A stretch of 62,971 nt of DNA, counting the filler, from Welwitschia mirabilis (lineage: Eukaryota), in NCBI GenBank assembly GCA_051453625.1. It is 6 parts of one record of this genome, joined end to end, with 100 filler letters (N's around TTAATTAATTAA, not from the genome) between each part and the next. Parts side by side here need not be neighbours in the genome. Positions count along the whole stretch, not along the records: positions 24,446 to 43,801 come from JBOZIK010000001.1; positions 43,902 to 58,275 come from JBOZIK010000001.1; 4 more parts are not named here. The stretch is one strand, 5' to 3'. Positions 35,511 to 48,707 of this stretch are shown piece by piece. Numbering within the stretch: position 1 is the first letter of the stretch; each line of letters begins with the position of its first letter. A program made the position numbers and the translations under genes. The notes beneath the pieces are model-generated. The model worked only from the letters and a program-made list of their open reading frames with translations, was not told where the DNA came from and ran no database searches.

Positions 35511-37240
35511 CTTNNNNNNNNNNNNNNNNNNNNNNNNNNNNNNNNNNNNNNNNNNNNNNNNNNNNNNNNNNNNNNNNNNNNNNNNNNNNNNNNNNNNNNN
35601 NNNNNNNNNNNNNNNNNNNNNNNNNNNNNNNNNNNNNNNNNNNNNNNNNNNNNNNNNNNNNNNNNNNNNNNNNNNNNNNNNNNNNNNNNNNNNNNNNNNN
35701 NNNNNNNNNNNNNNNNNNNNNNNNNNNNNNNNNNNNNNNNNNNNNNNNNNNNNNNNNNNNNNNNNNNNNNNNNNNNNNNNNNNNNNNNNNNNNNNNNNNN
35801 NNNNNNNNNNNNNNNNNNNNNNNNNNNNNNNNNNNNNNNNNNNNNNNNNNNNNNNNNNNNNNNNNNNNNNNNNNNNNNNNNNNNNNNNNNNNNNNNNNNN
35901 NNNNNNNNNNNNNNNNNNNNNNNNNNNNNNNNNNNNNNNNNNNNNNNNNNNNNNNNNNNNNNNNNNNNNNNNNNNNNNNNNNNNNNNNNNNNNNNNNNNN
36001 NNNNNNNNNNNNNNNNNNNNNNNNNNNNNNNNNNNNNNNNNNNNNNNNNNNNNNNNNNNNNNNNNNNNNNNNNNNNNNNNNNNNNNNNNNNNNNNNNNNN
36101 NNNNNNNNNNNNNNNNNNNNNNNNNNNNNNNNNNNNNNNNNNNNNNNNNNNNNNNNNNNNNNNNNNNNNNNNNNNNNNNNNNNNNNNNNNNNNNNNNNNN
36201 NNNNNNNNNNNNNNNNNNNNNNNNNNNNNNNNNNNNNNNNNNNAGCTTCCTTCTTGAAACTCACAAAGGTGACATACCTCTTTAGAAAAAGAGATAAATA
36301 AGATTATGCAACTTCTTAACGTTTTGTTCTTACTGTTAGAAAATGATAGTTGAATTCTTATACAAGAAATTATTCCATGGATTTTAGTAGTTAGTAAAAG
36401 CTCTAATGAAATCTCTAATCAATTAACTAGTTTTGATAAAATGATAAATGAATTATTAAATGCCAAGACATGAGAACAAATTACATTCCTTGAATAACAA
36501 CTTATGTTTATTAAAACATTTATTGGAAAAGTCATTAAATTTTCATACCATTAGTGAATGGCAACAAAACAATACAAAGCAATCTTATCCAAACAACATA
36601 AACAAGAAACAGACGAGACAAACTAAGCAAAAGTTGCACATAGACCATAATATGAACTTTATTTAGAAATTGCTTTTTTATAAAATCTAAACATGTACTA
36701 TGTATTTATGCTCCATTCACGCTAGGATGAGACCATAAAATATTTTTCTACATTTATATTTGAAATAAAAAGATATTTTATCATTATACTCAAACTTATG
36801 ATATGACACAAATACCTTTTTTTCCTTTTCTAAAATACTTTTTGTAAAAGATCAATGTAATTCAATACACATATTAACAACGTCAAAATCTTTAAAAAAA
36901 TAATATAACAACGTAACACCTTTTTTGAACTATATGTGTCTTTAATATAAAGTATTTTTAAAAAAATAAAAACCAACCTTCTAATAAAGAGATGTTAAAT
37001 TGCCTTTTTGTTTAGTCAGTCAGAAATTCCAATACGCCATAAAAACATCACATTCTATGGATCTTTAGTCATACCCACCCTCAATTATTTATATGGATAT
37101 TAATTGTAGACTTTTAGTGGAGTCACCCATCCGTTAGGGCGGCCGAGCAACTAACAAGAAGGCTAGTTTATTTTTATGATCACAAAAATAACAAAACACC
37201 ACCACATATTCCACACGTGCACAACACTGCTTATTTTTGA

Positions 37241-37246
37241 TTTATT
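37241..37246 (-). terminator. Candidate polyadenylation signal of the germin gene
   Basis: AATAAA on the minus strand about 40 nt after the stop codon. Confidence 0.45.
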
Positions 37247-37285
37247 GGCCCTCAATTATTAATGTACGGCGATCTGCTACAATAC

Positions 37286-37951
37286 TCATGACCCACTAAA
37301 CACCTTGCGCAGTCTGGCGATCTCCGGCGCGTCCAACTTGAACGACTTTTCCAAAACATCATTGGGAATTGCAGGTGATACGCCAAAGAGAGCCAAAGGA
37401 AGCAGAGAAGTGCCCGGATTCTGACTGTTGAGAGCCGAAATGGTCGCCGCAGGGCCATCTCCCACGTTGAGCAGAAAGTGATTCAGCCCGCGAGGAAACA
37501 CAAAGATGTCCCCAACACCCAGAGTCTGCTGAAACAGCGTATTGTTAGTAGCAATAAAGCCCACGATCAGGGGCCCACCTTCCAGAACAAAAACGACCTC
37601 CGCCGCCCGCGGGTGACTGTGTGGCGCCACCACTCCGCCTTCCGCGAAGTCGATGCGCGCCAGCGCAAGACCGAAAGTGTTCACGCCGGGCAGATTTGTT
37701 GTTGACGTGACTGTCACCACGCTGCCGAAACGTGGACTAGGCCTGGCGGCCTTAGCAAGCGCGGACGTTTTGAAGTCGGCTGCCGTCACGTCGCTGGGAT
37801 TCTTGCACGGCACACCGTTTATGAATATTCCAGTGTCGTTCTTCGCCACACAGAAGTCCTGCAGCGGATCGGCGTCCGCTGCATGCGCCTCCGCCGCGAC
37901 CATCATGAGCACCGCCAGCGCCGTTAGCCATGCGTTCCGCAGCTTCTCCAT
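37286..37951 (-). CDS. Germin-like protein (cupin, secreted, Mn-binding), 221 aa, intronless
   Basis: Signal peptide then DADPLQDFCVA (box A), NGVPCK, GVVAPHSHPRAAE (box B), GDIFVFPRGLNHF (box C), LNSQNPG; intact ORF, GC/CpG-rich. Confidence 0.97.
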   Translation of the reverse strand: MEKLRNAWLTALAVLMMVAAEAHAADADPLQDFCVAKNDTGIFINGVPCKNPSDVTAADFKTSALAKAARPSPRFGSVVTVTSTTNLPGVNTFGLALARIDFAEGGVVAPHSHPRAAEVVFVLEGGPLIVGFIATNNTLFQQTLGVGDIFVFPRGLNHFLLNVGDGPAATISALNSQNPGTSLLPLALFGVSPAIPNDVLEKSFKLDAPEIARLRKVFSGS

Positions 37952-37996
37952 CCTTTGGTTTTGGTTGGGTTGCGGTGCCGTGCGTGTGGTTCGGCC

Positions 37997-38002
37997 TATA
38001 TA
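37997..38002 (-). promoter_or_regulatory. TATA box of the germin gene
   Basis: TATATA 46 bp upstream of the ATG, inside palindrome GCCTATATAGGC in a GC-rich context. Confidence 0.7.
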
Positions 38003-38611
38003 GGCGCCGCGCCTCGGGCGCCTTCGGATACGGACATGGATTACTTGGGTTTTCCCTACCCGACGGATTAGGCTGAAATTTTGACAGTACGAGATGACAG
38101 TTTTATCGTTATTACCGGCTTCCTTTGGTTTGGTTTGTACTCGTGTGGGTTTGGGCGTTTGATTTTGTACTAATTTATTAATATTTGGAAGAAAGATAAT
38201 CTTGTGTAGCTGAGGTGAGGTAAGAAGTTTCCATAATCGACCCCATCAGCGACCACTTGTTTCTCTTAAATTTCTAGGAAGCTCTGGATGGAGTGCGGAG
38301 GACGGTGTTCATCAAAAAGAATGATTTGATTTGTTCAATTTCTTGCAAGTAAATATCTTTTTCATCCTGCTCATCCCATTATATTAAAGATGTCTCAATA
38401 TCAAAGTTACTGTATGACTTTACTTTCAAAAAATGATCATCATGTGGTGCTAGTAATCCGTATAATGAGATCCTTCAATTGACACTTCAACTCTTTGCAC
38501 ACCTTATCATGGTATAGAATGATTTTTTTTTTGGATAAAAGTATTTTCTGAATAAGACATTACTTGTGTATTTAGCATCAAAATTTTAAAATCGTATGTT
38601 TCTTAGATTCC

Positions 38612-38770
38612 ACGTAATAACTCCCAGGTTAATAAGTTGTGGGTTGCTGCGAAGTCTCGGGTTCGAATCCTATGAGTTTGCTTGGCTTGGCTTGTGATTT
38701 ATATCCATGTGTTTAAAGCATTTGTTCTTCCCCTTGTCCCAACAAGTAGGTTTCATGATTTTATACATGC
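38612..38770 (+). mobile_element. Possible tRNA-derived SINE remnant
   Basis: Perfect B-box GGTTCGAATCC at 38660-38670; weak A-box-like sequence about 40 nt upstream; no cloverleaf. Confidence 0.35.
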
Positions 38771-38775
38771 CATAT

Positions 38776-41700
38776 TGATGTAGGCTGGAACCCAGGGGAT
38801 CAAATTGCGTGATGTAAGCTTATGCTCTTTTTTGCTCCTCTATGTTTAATTTCTCTATTTAATTTCCCTCTTTCTGCTACTCTCCCTTTTTGACCATTTC
38901 TTCTTCCTTGTCCACTTTGAACTTGCTATATTTAAAGGAACAAGGTTTTATCTTTTCAAAGTTTACACCCTTTAAATGATGGTTGGTTTAGGTTTTTTAA
39001 AAAATAAATGTTCTAGATCTTTCTATAATTTTTAAAGGGTTTTAGAAATTCTTAAATTAATTATATTTTAAAAATAAAATAAATGATGCTAATGTCTATT
39101 ATTATTTTTTTAAAAATGGTGAAGCTCCTGCGTCAAATGCCTCTCCTTGAATTTGCAGTGGCTCTGGCAACTGTGCCCATGTTGGGATGATCTACTACGT
39201 AGCCATTAAAATGTCTTGGAAGATTTATTTATATTGATCCAAGTGTTTCATTTGCTAGAAGATTCTCTGTGTCTTTTAAAGCACTAAAGTTCATCACCTA
39301 TCGATGTTCATCATCTCTATAGACTCCAAGGTCTTTTAAAGGTATGCTTAATATCTAGCCATTCTGGAAGTTTCCCTCTATAGGCATTATTTCCAATATA
39401 TTGAATTACCTTGGTCGGATCCATCTTTCTATTTCTGATCTTGCTCATGCATAAACCAGAAAACATCTCCACCTTAATCAAAAGTAAGTCACCTGGGCTA
39501 AAGGTAATGACCTTCTGTCCTTGACCTGCATAAATCTTCATATGAATGATGAACGTGATTACGAACCTATTGATGAATCTATTGCATTAACATATCCATG
39601 TCGATTGCTTCCTGGTGATCATAAATAGCTCTGCTAATCTCATCTGGGGTTCTAGGATAGTGTCCTAATACTATCATGAAGGGTATTTTCACTATGCTCC
39701 TATTTACAAAGTTGTTATATGCAAACTCTGCATGCTGTAACATCTCATCCCATTTTCATGATTGCTCTGAACACAAGCATCATAGAAGATTAACATGATT
39801 TCTGTTAATAACTTTTGTTTGGCCATCTGTTTGTGGATGTGCTGTTGTGCTAAACTTCAAATCTGTTTCTACTAGTCACTATAATGTTCTCCAAAAATGC
39901 CCTATAAAACAGGTATCTCTATCTAAAATGATGTCACTAGGAAATCCATGTAGCCTCACGATTTCTTGAAAGAAAATCTTGACCACATGGGATTCCTAGG
40001 GTGTTTTCGTGTGTGGTATGAAATGTGTCATTTCACTAAATCAATCCACCACAATAAAAATGACATCATATTCATGGTTTTTCTAGGATTGACAATAATT
40101 GATACAAAGCCCATTTTTTGTTGTGTTCATTTTGCTAACTAGCAAGTAGTGCATCATTATACAAATCTTTTAATTTGGTCTTTTAAACCAAGCTAGAAAT
40201 ATCTCCTGCTTACCAGTTCCAAGGTCTTATAACAGCCAACATGTGCTGCCATGTCATTTGCATGCTTTTCTTTGATTAATTATTCTCACAGGCTTCCAAC
40301 TAATATACATAGTCGAATTCCCTTGTATAGAAATTCATTAATTAAGAAGTAGTCACCTAGTTTTGCTTATCAATTCTACAAATTACTCTAAATTATTCCA
40401 AAATATAGGTTGCTAATAAACTCTTCCTACAAATGTTGAAACTCCTCTATGGCAATATGAGTAACAACTCCACATCGATGACTGAGTGCATCAGCTACCC
40501 TACTGGTGGATTCTTTTACATGCTTTAGGTTGAAAATAAACTCGTACAACTTCTTAATCCAACTAGAAAACTAGGAGTTACTAATTCTTACTTGGAAATT
40601 AATATACTCTCAAGCTCGATGATCTATCTATAGAATAAACTTCTTTGGTGGCAAGTAGTACCTCCATTTGCATAAACCCTGAATTAAAGCATAGAACTCT
40701 TGCTCATATGTGGCATATTCCTTTTTTGTATCTTTTAACTTCTCGCTAAAGTATGTTATAGGTCCTCCTTCTTGGCTAAGGACTCCTCCAACTGCACTAC
40801 TACTTGAGTCCATCTCCATAAGAAATGTTTTGCTAAAGTCTAGTAATGCTAACATAGGTTTCTCATAAAGTTTTTACCTCAATAACTTGAAGCTTTTATT
40901 TGCAGCTTCAGTCTAATGAAACTCCTTTGGTCTTCCCCTAATGGCATTCATCATAAGTGTTGTAATTTCTACAAAATTGTGTATAAATTTTTGATAAGAA
41001 CTTATCAATCCATAAAATATATGCACCTCATTGGCATTCATTGATATAGATTAATCATAGATAAATTCAACCTTTACTGGGTCCATCTTTAGCATGTCTT
41101 TAGAAATTTTAAAACCTAAATACACAACATTTTGTTGCGTGAATTTTGACTTCCTAATGTGAATTAGTAGTTGCTTTTTCACACCCTCCTTAGTATAGCA
41201 TTTAGATCCTCTAGATGCTATTCATGAGTTCTACAAAAAACAAGAATATCATCTAAAAACACAATATCACATCGACCAATAAATTTATTTAGTACCTCTG
41301 TCATTAGTATCATAAATGTTGCTAAAGCATTTATTAGTCCAAAAGGCATTACCAACCACTTATATAGATCATCTAGTATTTTGAAGGCTATCTTCCACTC
41401 AACACCTTCTTGAATATGAATGTGATGATAACCACTCTTCAGGTCAATCTTTTTGAAATAAGATGCATGTGACGAATGATCCATGATGTCATCTATGTAT
41501 CACATTGGAAATCTATAGCAGATTGTAATGATATTGATTGCCCTAAGTCTATGCACATTTGTCATTCAGTAACTTATCCTTTCTCATCCTTCATTAGTGG
41601 GCAACAATAGGCATAGCACATGGTGAAACACTCTCTCGAATTAATCCCTTTGGCATTAATCCTTTAAATTGTCTTCCAATCTCTTCCCTTTCTATTGGTA

Positions 41701-43730
41701 TCATTTCATATGCTACAATGTTGGGTAAAACAAATACTAAGATGAATTCAATTACATGATTAATACTCCTCTTAGATAAGAGCCCTTCTAAAATATCCTT
41801 TATAAGAATATTACAATAATTATTTAGTAATAAATCAACTTCTACAGGAACTTCTATTTGCTCTTCATGATAATTTGGTTTTACAACTAAGGCAAACACC
41901 TCCTCATTCTTTGATATTTGTAGAGCTTCCTTTTGACTCAACATACATATCTCAAATTTGTTCTTTGATGTGCTATCTATATCTTTAGCTAAAGGAAATA
42001 ATAGAAACTTCTTACCATGACAGCATAGAAGTATGATATCACTCTTATCATTAGGAATTGCTCTTGAGTCATACCGCTAAGGTTCATCAAGCAACACATG
42101 AAATGCATTCATGGGCATCACATCGCATATTACTTCCATCTCATATAGTCCAATCTTTAGATTTACATTAACTCACTCTTGAACCTTGACTTGCTAGCCA
42201 CTCTATAATGATAAAATTGCATATGATTTGAAATGTTTCTCTATTGATAGATTTAGTGCCTCTATTATAATTTCTATAATAAAATTTTTTGGGTTATCAA
42301 AATCCATGATTATGATTTAAACACTATTACCAATGTAACATCGCATTTGAAAAAGTCACTCTTGTTGAGTGGGGCCTTCTACCTTCTCTATTTTTAAAGA
42401 TTACACCATCATATTTCTTTCTTATGTATGAAAAGATTCTACTTCTTTCTCAGGTTTTGAATCTGAACTTTCTTCTTTAACTAAACATCTACTAGATTTC
42501 CTTGTACATATGGGGTTTGTTGTGCAATACCATGTGTGTCTTGATCCTTTGGGTATTCTAATGGTCTATGTCTTAGAGCATTATAATGGAAGCACTTACT
42601 TGAAAATCCTCTAAATAGTGCTCCTTTACTTTGTCTAAATCCTTATTTATGTGTCCTAGAAGGTTATTGATGTGCTTGTATATCTTTTATAACATTTTCG
42701 ATTATTTATCTTGCTTGGCCACAACTAGTATCTTGTCTTTGTAGATGTCCTCTTCTTTGGTTATCATTCTATTGACTTCTTCATTGTAATTTATCTTCTA
42801 CTCTAACGACAAATTGGTATGCTTCTTCCACTAATATTGGATTTGTTATTGCTAGCTCATCTTGAATAATAATTCTCAATTCTCTTATAAATCTAGATAT
42901 TTATTCCTTCACATCTTTAAATCTATTTAATTAGATGGAAAGTTGGTTAACACTCCTCTGCATATTATGCATCATCTTTTCTCCTTGTCATATATTCTAC
43001 AGTCTTTTGTAGAGAGTCTATTGCTAGTTAGTTTGTAAAAACTTCTCCTTAATCTTTGTCACCACCTTGCTCCATGTCTAAATTTTTATTTTACCCTTTC
43101 TTTGTCTTCCTAATTGTATATGCTTTCCCCAATTTGTAGTGAGGTCATTTAACTTTGTTATAGTCAACTTATCCATCTCTTGAATCCAATCAATCAAAGC
43201 ATTTAGATTTAAATTTCTATCAAAATTAGAAAACCTCCATATGCATTCTCTTATCTAATTGTGAAATTGATTAAAGGAATAATTAGTCTTGCTCTTTGAT
43301 GTTATTTAATGAATTTCTCACTACTGATGATTCCTCTTCCTCATCACTATCATGTTCTGCGATAGAGGTTCATTATTGTTGTAGGTGTTCATTGCTTTTA
43401 CTCTGGTTGTTAGTGCTTGTAATTCTTATAGTAATTCCTTCATTCCTATATTCTCTAGGCCATCTCCTCCTTGGCATTATCTTATGTCTCGTTCTGGCCT
43501 CGACTTCTTCCTCTGGTACATCTTATCATCATGGGTTCATCATAGAGATCCTCCACTTGGGCTTCTTGCTCATTCATCATTTCATCTTTTGCCATCAATA
43601 AAACTTCCATGAGACCTTTTCCCACTCTGGTACCAATTGATCCAAGATGAAATGTAAAAGGCCAAATTGCATGATGTAGGCTTATGTTCTTATCTGCTCC
43701 TCTCTGTCTAATTTCCCTCATTCTACTCCT

Positions 43731-43799
<69 letters not shown>

Positions 43800-44020
43800 C
43801 TNNNNNNNNNNNNNNNNNNNNNNNNNNNNNNNNNNNNNNNNNNNNTTAATTAATTAANNNNNNNNNNNNNNNNNNNNNNNNNNNNNNNNNNNNNNNNNNN
43901 NTCACTCTTTCTCTCTCTCTCTCTCTCACTCACTAACACATACACACATTCTCTCTCTCATACTCTCACTCTCACTCTCTCATAACTTAGACATTACTAT
44001 GTTTTTAAATATGATGGGCA
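38776..44020 (-). mobile_element. Chromovirus (CRM-like) Ty3/gypsy retrotransposon, decayed
   Basis: 3' LTR 38776-39135 after PPT AAGGAGAGG; PBS TGGTACCAGAG 43625-43635; 5' LTR from 43638 matching 38776 onward; RT KIDLKSGYHHI/WLVMPFGL/VFLDDIL; RH MDSSSSAVGGVLSQ..YEQEFYA; INT HPQTDGQT. Right end uncertain (scaffold linker); candidate TSD CATAT 38771-38775 / 44021-44025. Confidence 0.9.
43741..43796. repeat. (TC)n microsatellite within the 5' LTR
   Basis: Direct reading. Confidence 0.95.
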
Positions 44021-45359
44021 CATATATATATAATTATTTTCCTTCATATGAAAACTTTTGCTAGTTTGACTTTTAGAACCCTTTTTTTGTTATTGTTTTT
44101 TTACCCCTAATACATGCTTAGAACTAGGAGGATATCCTAGTTTTGTTGATTTGATTTTTTAATTTATCATTATGGATATCGATGATAGAAACATTAATCT
44201 TCATTTAATTGTCATATTGATTTATGTTAAAAGATATATTTGACTGTATTTCTAATTTGAATTTTTAATTATATTATTTAGTAATTGACAAGATCTTTTA
44301 TTATTTTGTATGATTGTAATCATTGTGTTCCTCATCACTATCAAAATTATTATTGTTTAAGATGTCATGATTATTAAAATTCATAATGGTATTATAACCA
44401 TTTAAATATTGGAGATTTGAAGAATTAAAATTTTATTCTTTAGGGGCCATCGAATCATTTCCTTAAGCTTCCAAACTTTTAATAATACTTCGATTGTGCA
44501 AATTTGGTTTAAATGACACTTTAAGGAAAAATGGATATTTTCTTGTTTGTTTGCTTTTATCTAGAAATCTTGATATTAAAGGGTTTTTTTTTCAATGGTA
44601 TTTTAATAATATTTTAATCATCATCTAAAATTCTTATTTTATGGTGTATTATTAAAATAATAATCCCAGTGTCAACAATCCACGGCCTTCTAGTAGATAT
44701 TACAAGAAGAAGAATAATCAATGACTTGAAAATCTATGAGCCTAATTAACCTCCTGATTTTAATGTTAAGAGAAATTATTCCTAAAGTGATAACTTATTT
44801 ATCATTAAAACCTTAATAGTTGTTACCATTATGTGCTTAGATTTGTCATACATTTTCATTTTCTCAAGAAATTATTTTATAACTGCTTGGATCTCAGCCA
44901 TAGTATTAATGAATAACCTTTAAATGTTAAAATTATGAATTTGAACTATCATGTAAAGGATATTTTTGTATAATGTATTTTTAGGTATTGCTTAAATTTT
45001 AAAGCTTTTAAAAATGACATCATTTTTTGGAAGAGCATTCTATTTGAAATATGAAAGACATGTATTATTTCTGATTAATTTTCACTAATATTTCGATAAA
45101 TGTCCTTTTGTATCTAAGAGAAGTTTTAATTAATGAATAAAAAATAATCTTCTTTGAGGATTATTTCAATTCCTTTTCCATCTATTAAAGGAAATGATTA
45201 TTTTATAGTACTTTAAGGCTCTCCCACATAATGTTGTACAAATTATATGTCCTTTCACCTTAAAAAATTAGATTTACTAATTATCACATTACTTAGATGA
45301 TCATTTTGAAGTAATGGATTTTTAAATATCTTCAAGAATTCATTTAAATTAGTATTAGA

Positions 45360-46360
45360 AGATCTTGAGTAAATTTCATTTTTCCTTCAATAAAATCTTT
45401 GATAATATATTTCTAGTTTATGCATCTTTTAAGTGTCATGACCCTTCACCCCATGGTATTCATAGTTTTCATTCTCTTTAAACCATGAAGGCTTTGGAGA
45501 ATTTGGATCATATTATTTTTCTGATGGTATTTCAATTTCCCAGTTTGATAGAAAATATTTAATAATTTCAATTAATGGCCTTTGCAATTTAATAAATGTT
45601 TTCTTAGGCCTTTTAATCTTATCAAACTTTTATTTGCCTTTAAAGATTTTGTTCTTAACTAATAATGGGAGTAAACCTTGAGTCTAAGTTTTTTTTTTTT
45701 TTTTTTTTTTTTTTTTCGGATAATCAAGATAGCTTTAGATTGTGTTTGAGGTTTTTTCCAATTATACCTCCCTACCCCTTCCCATCTTATTTTAGGCTTG
45801 TTATTGTGTTTAGATTCTTGTTTCACTGACTTTCTAATTGTTTCTTTTTTATGACCTATGACTTCAATTCTTTTTGTGAGTTTAACAGCTTTGTTAAAGG
45901 AATTAAACTTTTACATATGCAAATTTTACATGAGAAAAGTATGCAATATTTTGCAAATAGCCCTATCCTATCTTTATCAGAAATATTATATTCTATTTGT
46001 AGGATAGTAACCTTTTATCTTTGCATGTAAGTAGTTATTATTTCATCATATGATTGCTGTAAACTTTTATAATGAAATATAAGGGGGAATGTTAATTGTG
46101 TATTACTTCATAAATATTTCAAACATTTCTTTGAGATTTTTAATTAAGTGAATTAGGAGGCAGTAATACCATTCAAGAGTGTATTTGTAAAGAAACCTAT
46201 AGAATAGATGGCAAGCCATATTAGAATCAATTAATTGAAGGCCATAAGTATGCTTGAAATTTCTAATATGAATTTTTAGGTCTTCAATTCCTAGTAAATT
46301 TCTTAAACTTGGGAATTCCAAAAGGGGTCAATTTTCATGCTTTCATTAATGGTTGAATTA
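45360..46360 (-). pseudogene. Tat-like gag remnant
   Basis: GIEDLKIHIRNFKH...MACHLFYRFL...LEWYY...; DPNSPKPSWFKENENYEYHGVKGHDT zinc finger; same type as the 18200 gag. Confidence 0.75.
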
Positions 46361-48707
46361 GAATATTTTCTATATTAATGTTAATACAATGTGTTACTTG
46401 TAAGATTGATTCTTTAAGGGATTAAACCATTTTAAACAATCCACCTAAATCAAAATATAATCCCCTAATAAAACCATGAATGGATTTGATATCACAAAAT
46501 AAACTAAAAATAAAAATATACACTGTGTAGGAAAAGTTAGTATAAGAGTAAATAAAAAATGAGGAAAACCCAAGTAGGACAAAGTAAAATAATTTGTACA
46601 TTCAATTATCAACTCTTGAAATCACTTTAATTAATAACAAATAAGGGAAAAGTAGTTTAAAAAATAGAAAATAAAATATAATCACTAAGAAAGTTAGTTC
46701 AAGTGCATTTTAATAGTGCTTCAATAAGGAAGCTTTGAATGGATCGCATATTATGGCATCAAATTAAAGAAATATAAAATAAGTACTAAAAACAAACTTT
46801 ATTATGAAAAAATTGAATTATAAGAAGATTTGAAATGAAGTCTCTAAACAAAATCAATAAGTTAACTTTCCCTTTTCCAATGGAAAATGGTTATACTTAC
46901 AAGAGAATTACAAAGAAAAAATTAAAAAATTACAAATTGATTAATGTTAAACCAATTTTGGATGAGAAATATTTGAAACAAATATTAATTTAATATTAAT
47001 TTAGTCATTTGATATCTTATCATTTTATCGTTATTTCCTATCATGTATTCTATTGCTAAGTGAAAAAATGTAATAATAGTCTTTCTCTTATTATAGTCAT
47101 TATAACATATAGTGTTATTCCTTTCAATGAGTAATAAATGGATTTAATGTAATCTTTTACTCAGAATCTAGTTTATTACTATGTTATAACAAGCCTAAAA
47201 TAGAAGTATTTTTGTTATTATCATTGTTTAAAAAATCTTTTGTTGTCACAACCTTATCAGATATAGTTCAAATATTTGCTGCAAAGTGACAAGTGGAATC
47301 GACTATCAAATTTTACTCCATAGGATTTCTTATTACAACATGTTAAATGCAAGAAATTGGATCATGTTTTTATACTTTTTATTAATTGATTAACTATCTT
47401 ATCACATTCCATTTTTGGACAACAAAATAATTGAATTATTTCTCCCTTATTATGGGAATATAACTACTTTTCTCTTAGAACATGTATTTTTCTCCTATAA
47501 CAATACAATAAACTTGGAACTAAAGTTTATCCCTAGCTATTACTCCATAATAAACTTAGCTTAGGAATTAAGTGAAGTATTAGCCTTACTGCATCCTATG
47601 CTTTAACAATAGAACTTCAATAAAAGGGGAAAAAAATATAAGTTTTACTTAAGTTTTTTAAAGAAAACATATAAATCTACTTAAATAATTTGATTCTTTT
47701 AATTACAATTACTCCTAGATTTGCAATTAGTCATTAGCATTGTCCAACATGATACATGGTCTATTGACTTTTATGTAGAAAAAAAATGTCATTAGAGCAT
47801 TTCAATTTCACTTAAAATGAACATACAATGTATTTTAAATGGTAACTTTTATACTACTATAAGATGCCATCACAAACAATGAAACATGGATTCTTGTTGA
47901 GAAGCTAAAAGACAAGCGAGTAATATTAAATGGGTGTTTAAAATAAAATTTGATGAAAATAATAAGGTTGGTAAATATAATGCCATATTAATAGCAAGTT
48001 CTAGAAGAAAATAAAACATATTAACTACAAAGAAATATTAGCTCCTATAGAAAAATTTAAAACTATTAAGGTTTTGTTTTGCTTAGTAGCACATGGTAGG
48101 GATAATTTACATCAAATGGATGTTAATTTAGCTTTTTTAAATGGAGAACTATAAGAATAGATTTATTTTTATTAGCCTAAAGGATTTGAATTTAAAGGAA
48201 AGTAATTAAATTTATGTAAGTTGAGAAAATATTTGTATGAGTTTAAACAAGCCCCAAGAGTATAGTTCAAAAGAATTAATAGCTATCTCCCATGAAGAGG
48301 GAATAAGGATTGTTAATAAGGATTGTTAATTAAACTAACTCTTTATTATAAGTTTGTCAAAGATGATTTTAATATTATCTCATTATACGTAGATGACTAG
48401 GTGTTTCTCACCTCTAATGAAAAACTCACACATGAGTTTAGGCATGTCATAACATTGAAATTTGAAATGAAGAACTTGGGAGTCATCAAATACTTCCTTG
48501 GTATATAAGTAAATTAGCTTGAAAAGTGCATTAAGATTTACTAATTAAAATGTACCTAAAATATCATTGAAAATTTTAAGCCAGCTAATGCAAGACTCTG
48601 GTAACTACATTACTCACAGGTTTAAAATTGAGATATAAAGATTACACTCCTTTGATGGATAACATGTTATATAGGTCTATGATTAGCTCTTTGAGGTTTG
48701 TCTATCA

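Noticed and set aside
37252-38003. Alternative-frame and antisense ORFs over the germin gene
   Set aside because: Shadow ORFs of a GC-rich CDS.
38640-38700. Functional tRNA gene
   Set aside because: B-box only; no acceptor stem or cloverleaf could be built.
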